DNA from: Chiloscyllium plagiosum
Lineage: Eukaryota
Direction: 5' to 3'
NCBI RefSeq assembly: GCF_004010195.1
Contig: NC_057721.1
Location: 68,812,386-68,876,385 of the forward strand
Length of the DNA stretch: 64,000 bases
Part shown: one piece after another, positions 51,623 through 63,394 of the stretch
How positions within the stretch are numbered: position 1 is the first letter of the stretch
How the letters are laid out: each line of letters opens with the position of its first letter
Position numbers and translations under genes: made by a program
Notes under the pieces: generated by a model
Databases searched by the model: none
Told to the model about the DNA's origin: nothing
What the model saw: the letters and a program-made list of their open reading frames with translations, nothing else

Positions 51623-52400
51623 TTTTTATAACCCCCAATAATTTTATAACAACGTGCCCCAGCCCAGCGTTTTTATAACCCCCAATAATTTTATAACAAC
51701 GTCCCCAGTTCAGCATTTTTATAACTCTTAATAATTTTATAACAACGTCCCCAGCCCAGCATTTTTATAACCCCTAATAATTTTATAACAACGACCCCCA
51801 GCTCAGCATTTTTATAACCCTTAATAATTTTATAACAATGACCCCCAGCTCAGCATTTTTATAACCTTTAATAATTTTATAACAACGTCCCCCAGCCCAG
51901 CATTTTTATAACCCCTAATAATTTTATAACAACACTCCCCCAGCTCAGCGTTTTTATAACCTCTAATAATTTTATAACAACACCCCCCAGCCTAGCGTTT
52001 TTATAACAACCAATCATTTTATAACAATGTCCCCCAGTCCAGTGTTTTTATAACCCCCAATAATTTTATAACAACGTCCCCCAGCCCAGCATTTTTATAA
52101 CCCCTAATAATTGTATAACAACATCCCCCAGCCCAGCCTTTTTATAACCCCAAATAATTTTAGAATAACGTCCCCAAGCCCAGCCTTTTTATAACCCCTA
52201 ATAATTTTATAGCAACGTCTCCCAGCCCAGTGTTTTTATAATCCCCAATAATTTTATAACAGCGTCCCCAAGTCCAGCCTTTTTATAATCCCCAATAATT
52301 TTATAACAACGTGCCCCAGCCCAGTGTTTTTATAACCGCCAATAATTTTATTACAGTCCTCCCAAGCCCAGTAATATTTATAATTCCACCATCCCCAGTC
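51623..52400. repeat. 47-bp minisatellite, 16 units plus one degenerate unit
   Basis: Unit ~TTTTTATAACCCC(C/T)AATAATTTTATAACAACGTCCCCCAGCCCAGC(G/A). Starts at 51623, 51670, 51716, 51762, 51809 ... 52280, 52327. Confidence 0.97.
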
Positions 52401-53269
52401 TAGTGCTTGTCTGACCCCCACCCCTCCAAGTAATGTTTTGGTGTATAAGAAGTTGTTTAAGGCAGTAGTATATATCACATGAGTTGGAGTGTTTAAAATA
52501 ATTCTCTTAAAATAATTTAGTGACATTCCTGTGGCTCCCCATAGAACATTAGTCCAACCTGGTCTCACCACACCATCAGTGATACAGTGCATTTGGCTAT
52601 GGAAAGCACCAGCGTCTGGATATTTCCTGGTGGAAGGTGAACTCACTGCAGGTATTAGGTGAGGTAGCAGATTCAGCCATGGAAGTAGATGCTGGAATTG
52701 CTGGCATCCAGGAAATCTGGAGTGAAATGTTCCTTCCCCAATTCAATCCGGTCCTTTGATCATCCGCTGGAAGGGATCATGGGTGGACCTTCTGCACACA
52801 TGTCAGAATGAGACCTGGAGAAGTTCTCTCTATTCCACCCTCATAAGTTCTCAGTGGAAGACAACACAGCTATTGACACTTCCCATGAGGTCGTTCAGCA
52901 GATAATTGATTCAGTTCATTTAAGAGAAAAACTGATTTAATAGTTTTGCTTCAGCGTTCCAGTTCTACACTACAGACTTAGACAGAGAATGTGGGCTGAC
53001 AGTGTAGTGAGGTATTGAGGGCATTCTGCACTTCTGGAGGATCTACATTTCCAATGATGAGATTATCTATCCTCCCAGGCAGATAGCAGTGATCATGATT
53101 TGGACAATGAGTAAGGGAGCTCATGCTCATCACTCAACCCAACATCTCTACAACAAATTATCCATTATTTATTTCTTTTTTGTGGCATCTTGCTGTGCAT
53201 CTTTTTGTGGCATCTTGCTCTTATTTTTCCCAGGATGGCAGCACCTTGAAGTCATGACAGGCATCACAG

Positions 53270-53610
53270 AAATTGTAGAATCCTTACAGCGTGGAAGCAG
53301 CCCATTTGGCCCATCAAGTCTACATCAATCCTCTGAAAGGCATCCCATTAGACCCAACCCCCTAATGTGTAACACTGCATTTCCAAAAGCTAACCCACCT
53401 AGCCTGCACACCTCTGGGTACTATGGGCAATTTAGCATGGCCAATGCGCCTAACCTGCACATTGGGGGGGAAGCCAGGGCACCTGGAGGAAATCCACTTA
53501 GCCACATGGAGAATGTGAAAAGTCTACACAGACAGCTGCCTGAGGGTGGAATCAAACCTGAGTCCTTGGCTCTGTGAATCAGCAGGGGTAACCATTGATC
53601 CACTGTGCTA
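53270..53610 (-). mobile_element. HE1 V-SINE
   Basis: GGGCAATTTAGCATGGCCAAT..CCTAACCTGCAC block plus head reverse complement. Confidence 0.85.
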
Positions 53611-54239
53611 TTTCGTAATGATGGATGTCACCCCTAAATGAAGGACGCAATCTTACAGGAGTCTGAGTGATGTGTGTTTTGACAGGTGTTCCCTGACACA
53701 GTGTGGTGAGGACCAACTCCATCTTTACCATTTCCCAAGTAGCGCGGTGAGATCCTTGAGAGGCAGCAGCGAGATGCCTAGCAACAGCGATTAATGCTTG
53801 TTGTATTTAATGCCACAACCTGCCACATTTATATTCAGCCTCTCTTACAAAACTCATCAATCACTAGTCGTCAGGGAAACTCAAAAAGGAAACCAGGGTG
53901 TGTACTTGGCGGATTCAGCTCAAAGTTTGCTCTAAATGCTCTCCATGAACCTATTCCCAAACTGCATCCCAGGTATGGTCAACACACAACCCTCCTCCTC
54001 CATGGACACTGGCATCCCGCATTTGCTCATCATCATTGACACTTGTCCTATTTGCTGGCAATGCATTTTGGAAGCATAAACCAACATTACAGGGCTCACC
54101 AACAATTAGTTTTCAAAGGCCGCAGCAAGGGGATATTGGAAGAAGGACAAGCAGCCAGGGCGTAGATTGGACCAAGGCTGCATCTCCAGGAATCACACTT
54201 TCTCTCTCACTTAGCACCTGCCTGCATGCTTGCAACATG

Positions 54240-54700
54240 TGGCATGGTGGCTCAGTGGCTAGCACTGTTTCCTCACAATGCCAGGGACCTGGGTTCATTT
54301 CCAGCCATTGATGACTGTCTACATGGAGTTTTCACATTCTTCCCATGTCTGTATGGGGTTCCTTCCATAATATGCAGGTTAGTTGAATTGACCATGCTAG
54401 ATTACCCATTGTAGGAGAAAGTGAGGACTGCAGATGCTGGAGATCAGAGCTGAAAATGTGTTGCTGGAAAAGCACAGCAGGTCAGGCAGCATCCAAAGAG
54501 CAGAAGAATCGACGTTTTGGGCATGAGCCCTTCTTCAGGAATCCATTGTGTCCAGGGATGTGTAGGTCAAGTGGATTAGCCATGGGAAATGCAGGGTTAT
54601 AAGGATAGGGTAGGGAGTGGTGTGTCTGGGTGGGACATTCTTTGGAGAGTTGGTGTGGACCTGTTGGGCCAAATGGCTTGTTTCCACACAGGGATTCTGT
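54240..54700 (+). mobile_element. HE1 V-SINE interrupted by a hammerhead element
   Basis: Head at 54240, tail at ~54700, split at a duplicated CCATTGT. Confidence 0.85.
54413..54542 (-). mobile_element. 130-bp hammerhead-bearing Penelope-derived element
   Basis: TSD CCATTGT at 54406-54412 and 54543-54549. Minus strand begins ATTC-CTGAAGA-A-GGGC-TCAT-GCCC-AAAA-CGTC-GATT (G12 changed to A). Confidence 0.85.
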
Positions 54701-55702
54701 GGAACATTCCTGCCTTGCTTTACTGTGCTAATGAGCTCAGGCAACTTACCTTGATGCTAAGAAGTCTTCCATCAAGGAGGGGCACACATCTTGACAAGTG
54801 GCAGTGTGCTATATCAATATCACGCCTCCATATGAACACCTCGGGGCTTCTCTTGTCCCCCTCAGCATCTGGGACAGCTGGGCATTATTCCATAGAGTTC
54901 ATGGAGAGGCTAATGGAACATGCAAGGCAGAAGAGAGAAAGGGAGAGTGAAGGTGTCACAGTCAATGGTTTGATGTGGTGTTGAATGATTGGGAGTGTTG
55001 TGGAAAGAATGAGTGAAGTTTGCTTGGTGGGATATGGATGGTTAAGCACCACCACAGAAGTGGTGTCTCTCCTCATTGGGGATGAGGACACAGATTTCAG
55101 GTCTTTTCTGCACTGTTGTCTTCTTTGTAACAAAAAGAACAAAGAAGGACAATAAGTGAGGTTAGGATGGGTGGCCGAGCTGTTAGTGCTGTGGCACGTG
55201 GGGTGAAAAATGATGAGATGTACCAAAGGGATGAGGAGGCATCATTCAGGATTAGTGGCTAGGGGGGAGAGTGAGTGCAGGAAGATATTGCAGGCTATAG
55301 TAAGAGTGGCTGAACCTGAGCCTTGGTGGGAGGTGGGTACAGTAGCAGAGATAGTGTGTGCTGACAAGCAGAAGGATGTTACACTAAACCCGGAGAAGGA
55401 TCTTTCTTTTCCCTCTCATTTGGTGGCTTCACTTCAATGATGACTCAGCACTGGTGCAGCTGCAATCTGGAGACATGATGTTGCCATTGTAGCTATGCAA
55501 ATGAACATGTCAGGGCAATTTGTGGAGCTTCCTATTTATATAGACTCACACCATCCCGTAACCTGGTGTTGGCTCTTTCATTAGTGGCCAAGATTTTAAC
55601 GGCCAAGGTCTTAAATTCTGGGAGTTCCACTGCAGGCCTCTTCCACCCCTCTATCGCTCTCCCCTGTTTTATACGCTCCTTAAAATTTACCTAGAATTGT
55701 TC

Positions 55703-56035
55703 ATGGAATCCCTACAGTGTGGAAACAGGCCACTTGGCCCAACAACTTCACACTGACTCTCAGGAGAGTAACCCACCCAGACTCATTCCCCTACCCTATT
55801 ACTCTACATTTACCACTGACAATGCACCTAACCTACACATCCCTGAACACTACGGGCAATTTAGCGTGGTCAATTCACTGAAACTGTACATCTTTGGATT
55901 GTTGAAGTAAACTGGAGCACCCGGAGGAAACCCTTGCAGGGCAGGGCGAATTCGCAAACTCCACACAGAGAGTTGCCTGAGGCAGGATTCAAACCTGGGT
56001 CTCTGGCACTATGTGCTAACCACTGTGCCACCACC
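55703..56035 (-). mobile_element. HE1 V-SINE
   Basis: ATCCCTACAGTGTGGAAACAGGCC tail reverse complement and GTGCTAACCACTGTGCCACC head reverse complement. Confidence 0.85.
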
Positions 56036-57499
56036 CCTTTGTCAACTATCTTCAGGTGGCGTTTGTCACTTTGCCTGGTACTGCTTTTGTGAAGCACCTT
56101 ATTGGCACGTTTCTATGAAGTGAGTGTTGCTATATAAATGTCGAACATATTGTATCAAATTAGGAGTGCTGTGTTTCCCATGCAGACAGAAACTTGATCT
56201 ACACCCTGCCCACAGCATTGGACACTGACGTCCATTCCTGGAAGATGAATAAAGCAATACCAGTTTTAATGTATAGACATAGTTCCTTTACAGAATAAGG
56301 CCCTAAGGCACTTCACATAATTTGTTATCAACTTTGTTACTGAACCACATGAGGGACGGTAGGACAGTTGGTCAAAGGAGACACTTTAAAGTTGTAACTG
56401 AAAGGAGGAGCAAGAGTGAGGCAGAGGGCTACAGGGAAGCATGTCCTGAATTTCGAAAGATGAGAGAAGATAAAAGTTAACAACTTTCAGCCTTAGAGAA
56501 ACAAATTGAAGAGTACAAGGCTTGGTGATAGGTTTACACTGAGCAAGCTGATCTCCCCACATGCAGACAGTGAAGTCAAACAAGATATGAATCTGAACGA
56601 CACCCTCAGGATGGAGGGAGGACTTGAGCGGGGGTGTGAGGGTAATTAAAGGAAATGATAGAGAAGCTTTACATCATGTACAGTTACACAGAATCCAGAA
56701 TCTTTTATTTAACTGGCAGGCTCATTCAGGCCAAATCTTTCAAAGGGGAAAAAAAATTGCTTTCTTGATTTACTGGGCATTGGTATTAAATTGGAGAGTG
56801 AAGGGCAAGTCACGGTTGATTTAAAGCACCCTAATGAGTCCAACTACGTGAGTGGTTCATCAGCTTTCCGTTTTACCTCCTGAAGTGCTTATTTGTTAAA
56901 TTGGAGTTAATGGAATGAAAAAGGAAATAATATTGCCTGTCTTATTTTTACACAAATGACCAATGATCTATGAATCTGCCAGAGATACATTAGTGTCAAC
57001 ACTGCATGCCGAGGCATTTGTGTGGGAAAAAGCTAACACTGTAGGAATCACGTAGTAATAGAACTATAACAGTAAGGTGAATAAAGGCTCAAAAACTACT
57101 ACTTTTACTTATAAAGCACCTGTATTGTAATAATACATTCCGTCTGCTTCACAGGAATGTATTTCAGACAAAAATGAACACAAAGCTGAAGAAAGAGAGG
57201 GAGAGACAACTGGAGGTGGTTACAGGTGTGAGGAGGAGAGATGGGTTTATAGGAAGATGAGAATGTCAACGTTGAGATATTGATGGGTGAGGTGTCATTT
57301 GGTGTCAGTGAGCACATGGTGGGGGGTGTTAAATGTGTGGGTGTTGACACAGGTTTTATTATGAGTACAATCCTTTTGATGGAGCTCAGTTTCTTGGAGG
57401 GTTGAAGATGAAAGGCCCGCCAGGAGAACATGGAATAGTGGAGGCACATGATCTGATTGATGTGGACATGATGATCTCTGTGATGGTAGGGACGTGAGG

Positions 57500-57720
57500 G
57501 TACATTCCTGATGAAGGGCTTATGCCCGAATCATCAACTCTCCTGTTCCTCGGATACTGCCTGACTGGCTGTGCTTTTCCAGTGCCGTACATTCCTGATG
57601 AAGGGCTTATGCCCGAATCATCAACTCTCCTGTTCTCGGATACTGCCTGACTGGCTGTGCTTTTCCAGTGCCACATTTTTCGACTCTGACTCTCCAGCAT
57701 CTGCTGTCCTCACTTTCTCT
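57500..57720 (+). mobile_element. Hammerhead element with an 87-bp tandem duplication
   Basis: 57500-57586 is repeated at 57587-57672. Both copies read ATTC-CTGATGA-A-GGGC-TTAT-GCCC-GAAT-CATC. Confidence 0.88.
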
Positions 57721-57889
57721 TCCTTAGAGTTCAGTTCAAGGTCAAGTAAAACCCTAAGTTTGAAAATGTTCTGTTCAGCCTGAGACATCAGCCATTCCAT
57801 AGTGATAGACAGATGGCAAATGTTAACATTTACATAGAAACGTAAACATAGAAGATAGAAGCAGCAGTAGGGCATCCGACTCCTCAAAC

Positions 57890-58800
57890 ATCATAAGACC
57901 AGATAACATAGGAGCAGAATTAGGTCATTTGGCCCATTGAGTCGACTCCACCACTTGATCATGGCTGATTGTTTTTCAACACCATTCTCCTGTCTTCTCC
58001 TCGTAACTCTGATTCCTTTAGGAATCAATTTATCTCTGTCTTAAACATACTCAATGTCTTGGTCTCCACAGCCCACCACGGCAATGAGTTTTATCGATTC
58101 ACCACCCCAGGCGGAAGAAATTTCTTCTCATCTCCATTCTAAGTGGTTCTCTCTTCACTCTGAGGCCATGCCCTGGGGTGCGAGTCTCTTTAACCAGAGG
58201 AAACATCTTCTCCACATCTAATCTATCCAGGCCACTTAGTATTCTATAAGTTTCAAACAGATCATCCCTCATCCTTCTAAAATTCATTGAGTACACATCA
58301 TCGGGCTCAATTCCCTAATTTCACATATCATACAGTCAGAGAGTCAGAAAGATGTACAGCATGGAAACAGATCTTTCAGTCCAACTTGACCTTGCCAACT
58401 AGATATCCTAAATTAATCTAGTCCCATTTGCCTGTATTTGGCCCATATCCCTCTAAACCTTTACCATTCATGTCCCATCCAGAAGCCCTTTAAATGTTGC
58501 AATTATACCAGCCTCCACCACCTCTTCTGGCAGCTCATTCTATACACTTGTGAGGAATCCCTTGGTCCCTTTAATCACAAGTGCGATATCTATCTCTTTC
58601 TTGAAAACACATGGTTTGGCTTCAATCATTTTCTGTGTCAGTGAGTTCCACAGGCTCACCAGTCGCTAAGAACTTTCTCCTCAACTCAGTCCTAAAAAGT
58701 TTACCCCTTGTCCTAAAATAAATTTACCCCTTGTCCTTAAACTATGATCCCTGGATCTGGACTCTCCCACCATTGGGAACTTCCTTCCTGCATTGAACGT
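57890..58800 (-). mobile_element. Stacked CR1 3' ends, followed by a hammerhead element at ~58811-58902
   Basis: ORF 58099-58296 FRRMRDDLFETYRIL...TPGHGLRVK..MRRNFF. HER1-type tail at 58330-58545. Confidence 0.85.
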
Positions 58801-58912
58801 ATTTAGTCTATTATGAAGGGCTCTTGCCCGAAACGTCGAATTTCCTGCTTCTCGGATGTTGCCTGACCTTTTGTGCATTTCCAGCACCACATTAATCTAG
58901 AACTATTATAGG

Positions 58913-59795
58913 TTGAATTGAATTGAATTGAATTGAATGGAATTTATTGCCACGTGTACCGAGGCACAGTGAAAAGCTTTGTCTTGTGGGCAATACAGGC
59001 AGATCACAAAGTTAAATAGCATAGATAAGTAAATAATAAGTACACAGTGGCAAAACAAAAACACAGGTACTGGTGAATGCTAAGAGTTTGAGTCCATTCA
59101 GTATTCAACAACAGTCGGGTAGAAACTGTTTCAAAACTGGCTGGTGCATGTTTAGGCCTCTACCTTCTCCCCGATGGTAGAGGTTGTAGAAGAACATTGC
59201 CGGGATGGGATGGATCTTTGAGAATGCTGGCGGCTTTTCCTTGATGGCAGGCCTGGTATATGGATTCTATAGATGGGAGGTTGGCCTTTGTGATTGTCCA
59301 GGCTGCGTTCACCACTCTCTGTAACCGTCTCCGATCTTGAATGGTGCAGTTGCCATACCAGGTAGTGATACATCCAGACATAATGCTCTCGATGGCGCAC
59401 CTATAAAAGTTGGCAAAGGTATTCGCCATCATCCTAAATTTCCTCAGCTGCCTGAGGAAGAAGAGATGTTGGGCCTTTGTACCCAGTGCATCCACATGAA
59501 GAGTCCAAGAAAGCTTGTTATGGATGACCTCTCCTAGGAGCTTGACACTCTCCACTCATTCCACCTCTGCACTGTTAATGTGTAGGGGGACATGAGTAAC
59601 ATCCCACCAAAAGTCAATAATGAGTTCCTTGGTTTTGCCAGCATTGAGAGCTAGGTTTTCTCAGTGCACCATTTTTCCAGGTTTTCCACCTCCCAACTGT
59701 AGTCTGTTTCATCGCCATCTGAGATTTAACCAATTATGGTGGGGTCATCAGCAAACTTGTAATTGGCATTAGTTTGGTATTTGGTGACGCAGTTT
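58913..59795 (-). mobile_element. Rex1/Babar LINE RT C-terminus and 3' end
   Basis: 131-aa ORF LSWTLHVD...FFLRQLRKF...FYRCAIESIMSGCITTWYGNC...DPSHPGNVLLQPLPSGRR. KFADDPTII upstream; (ATTCA)n tail. Confidence 0.92.
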
Positions 59796-59869
59796 TGAGA
59801 TGTTTCTACAAACTAGCCCTTATTTTTTGAAACTCTTCTGAAACTGAATCACTTCACAGAACATCCACA

Positions 59870-60425
59870 TTCTGCAAGAATGACCCTGAGCCTCCAGTTG
59901 CCTGCCACAACAACACCCCACCCTGTTCCCTGGCCAACATCTCTGTCTCAGGCTTGCTGCAGTGCTCCAGTGAAGCTCAGTATAATCTGTAAGAACAATA
60001 CCTCATTCTCCGCTTAGGGACCTCCGGACTCAATATCGAGTTCAATAATTTTAGGGCCTGAGCTCTCCCATGTCCTAGTCCCAACTGCACACAGACCGGA
60101 CCTTATCACATCATCTGCCATTACGCACTACCTATTATTAGCCACTAATGGCTAACAGCTATTTATACCCCCAGCCAGATTTTTATTGACTCCTTTGTCT
60201 GTCCAAGTGTTCTTCTCTCTCTTTGGGCTCCATCTCCACCTATTGTTACTGTTTACCCCATCCCTCCACACTATCTTCTGCATATAAACTGACACTTTCT
60301 GAGCTACCATAATTTCTGAGGGTCACTGGACCCAAAATGTTAACTATGATTTCTCTTCACAGATGCTGTCAGACCTACTGAACTTTTTGAGAAACTTTGT
60401 TTCTGATTGACAGCATCTGCAGTTT
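59870..60425 (+). mobile_element. Penelope 3' fragment (GIY-YIG C-terminus, UTR, decayed hammerhead)
   Basis: PVACH...ANISVSGLLQCSSEAQ..L.EQYLILRLGT..GLNIEFNNFR. CTGAGGGTCACTGGACCCAAAATGTTAAC at ~60316-60345. Confidence 0.8.
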
Positions 60426-60429
60426 GTAA

Positions 60430-60735
60430 TTAATGATCTGGAGACCCAGGTAATCTTTTGGGGACCTGGGCTCAAATTTCACCAAGGCAGATGGTGGAAT
60501 TTGAATTCAGTAAAAATCTGGAATTAAAAATCTAATGATGACCATGAAACAACTGTTGGAAAAACCCACCTGGTTTAATAATGTCCTTTAAGGAAACTGC
60601 CATCCTTACCTGGTCTGGCCTACATGTGATTCCAGACTTACAGCAATGGGGTTGACACTCAACTGGGCAACTGGAGATGGGCAAAAATGCTGGCCTGGTC
60701 AATATCATCCATATCCCCTGAATGAATATAAAAAA
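60430..60735 (+). mobile_element. Family-B SINE
   Basis: GATGGTGGAATTTGAATTCA...CTGCCATCCTTACCTGGTCTGGCCTACATGTGA...GATGGGCAA.AAATGCTGGCC. Confidence 0.75.
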
Positions 60736-61574
60736 AAGTTGATTGAAAGCCCGCATTGTTCTAAGTGAAGTGACCTTCATTCACTCACCTTGTAAATTCC
60801 AGCCATGTTTGTTATGAATGCACAGTTATTAGAAATTTGTTCCGAATATATATCTCTGTCCATCACTGTCTGTTATGATCGCTTTACAACCTATGAGGCT
60901 CCAACAGAGTCTGGTATAACTGTAGACAATACGAAACCTCAATTAATGCACTCTGTAAGTAGTTCTTACTCATTGTTGAATTAATTATAATATGACTAAT
61001 TGTAAAAAGAGATTAACATCTATAAGACAGAAAGCAACATATATACTAGTTTAATGCTCACTTCCAAACTTCATGTTGCAGTCTGCAGTCAGCTGCAGCA
61101 CTTAAGACCAAATCTGTGATTCAGTTGATATGTCATAACAGTAATTCGACAAAGTCTGTATTTTGGGTTCTGAACGGACTGCAATTTCCCTGCATTCTGC
61201 ACAAATCTCAATAAATCCAAACTGAATGACCAGCTGAAAATATAATATCACTTCTTCTGCCTGTGGAATAATCAACTAACATGACCAAAACAATTTGCCT
61301 CATCGTTTATTTCCCTGGCCATCAGCAGCACGGTACTCTGGATAAATTGACTGCTGTGTGTGCCTGCTAAGCATCAGGCTACAAATACACTTCATTGGCC
61401 TGGAGGCACTTTGGAGCATCCTGTGGAACATCTGCACAAAATGCAAGTTCTTTCTTTCAAACAGATGCTGCAATTTAAGGTGATAAGATTCACACAACCT
61501 CAATGTGACCAGTAAACCCAAGTTTTATGTTGCATTCAATTCTTCCATCTCCCTGGCCCAACCAGCCCCGACTG

Positions 61575-62430
61575 CTTCATTCATGATGTTCGTAGCACCA
61601 TAAGGTTTAAAGTGGGAATGTTTGTTGATGATTGCAAAATGTTCGTCACCATTTATGGTTCCTCAGATATTGAAGAAGTGTGTGTACATTTGTAGCAGGA
61701 CCTGGATAATATCCAGGCTTGTGCTGATCATAGAATCCTTATAACATGGAAGCAGGCAATTCAGCCCTTCAAGTCCACAATGACCCTCCAAAGATCATCC
61801 CACCCAGAGTCACACTCCCATCCTATCCCTGTAGCACCAAATTTCCCATGGCTAATCCACCTAGCCTGCACATCCTTGGACATTACAGACAATTTAGCAT
61901 GGCTGATCCACCTAACCTGCACAAATTTGGGCTGTGAGAAGAAACCGGAGCACCCGAAGGAAACCCATATGGACACAGGGAAAGTACACACAGTCGCTCA
62001 AGGGTGGAATTGAACATGGGCCCCGGCCATTGTGAGGCAGCAGTGCTAACCACTGAGCCACTGTGCTGCACTAATTAGAAAACATACAAACAGCAGACAA
62101 CGACCATCTCTGGAAAGAAAGAGCCTAACCATCTCTCCTCGGCAGTGAGTTGCATTAGCATTGCTATCAATGTTCTGAGGGTTTCCATTGTCCAGAAATG
62201 AAATTGGATTATCCATATAAATACTGTGACTACAAGAGCAGGTAAACTCACCTCCCCAAAGCCTGTCTACATCAGATGTGTAATGGAATAGTGTCCACTT
62301 GCCTGGATGAGTGCAGTTCCAACACTACTCAGTAAGCTCAGTATCATCCAGGAAAAAGCAACTCACTTAATTAGCAATCCATCGAACACCTTCAAGCTTT
62401 ACTCTCTAATGCACAGTAGCAGCAGTAGAC
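61575..62430 (+). mobile_element. Old CR1-group RT fragments interrupted by an HE1 SINE (61728-62068, minus)
   Basis: MFVDDCKMF (YADD-like), LDNIQA and ME..PLAWMSA..T.L.KL..IQEKA motifs. HE1 V-domain in between. Confidence 0.7.
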
Positions 62431-62479
62431 AGTTGATGTTGATATCATTCACAGGATACTCTGCAGGAATTCAGCATAA

Positions 62480-63195
62480 TCATCGTTGGTGGAACCTTAC
62501 AGATGAGAATGACTCTCTTCCACTCTCAGGTTGAGTCTGTAGGTGGCTATACAGACTGATGCGGATACTGCAGGCTGTGTTACACTTGGGATAAAAGGTC
62601 GCCGTGAGAAGGGGTGGGTGGGGCATTGGTCTGGCAGCGTGCTCCTTAAGCTGTTTTCGCCTGGCTGCCATTTTTTCCTGAACAGCAAATGTTAAAGTCC
62701 TTGACACCTTCCTGGATGCTCTTCCTTCACTTTGGACAGTCTTGGGCCAGTGATTCACAGTTGTCTGTGGGAATGCTGCACTTCAGCAGTGAGGCCTTGA
62801 AGGTATCCCTGAAACACTTCCTCTGTCCAACTGGGACCCAGCCCATTGTAGCCAAGGAAAGGCGGTCAGTGTCTCAATGCTGGGGATGTTGGCCTGGTTG
62901 AAGATGCTGGTGTTGGTGCATCTTTCTTCCCAATGACTTCACAGGATCTTATGCAGGCAGCATTAGTGGTACTTCCCCTAGTGCCTCGACATGTCTGCTG
63001 CAGATATCTCAGAGCAGGAGCCACCACAGCTCTGTAAACAATGAGCTTGATGTCAGATCTGATGTTGTTGTCCTTGAACACCCTTTTCCTCAGACAGCCA
63101 AAGGCTGCACTAGCACATTGTGGTTTGTGGTGGATCTCTTTATAAATAACTGCTTTGGCCAACAGAACTGAGATATTGGAAGTGGCCAAAGTTCT
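62480..63195 (-). mobile_element. RTE-clade LINE fragment
   Basis: ASAAFGCLRKRVFKDNNIRSDIKLIVYRAVV, and C-terminal CNTACSIRISLYSH. Confidence 0.85.
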
Positions 63196-63394
63196 CTAAG
63201 GTTTCCTTGTGATCCTTGATGATTGGAGATTTGGTGGAGAACTTTTGAAATGCAGCAAGTTTCCTTTGATAACATCGTTCAAACTGTAACCGCTGCTATC
63301 GAGAAGGACAAGATGGAGGGATGGAGTTCTAGGATTTTGACGACTGACAATGAAGGAATTGCGATAGAATTCCAACTCAGGATGGGAACATTAT

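Noticed and set aside
51623-52400. Regular repeat array resembling a CRISPR locus
   Set aside because: No unique spacers: whole units are tandem copies. Vertebrate context and no cas genes.
53640-55620. Moderately GC-rich stretches possibly derived from Harbinger-type DNA transposons (similar at 9.7-10.1, 26.8-27.3, 28.8-29.4 and 38.3-38.7 kb)
   Set aside because: No terminal inverted repeats or transposase motifs could be pinned down by eye.
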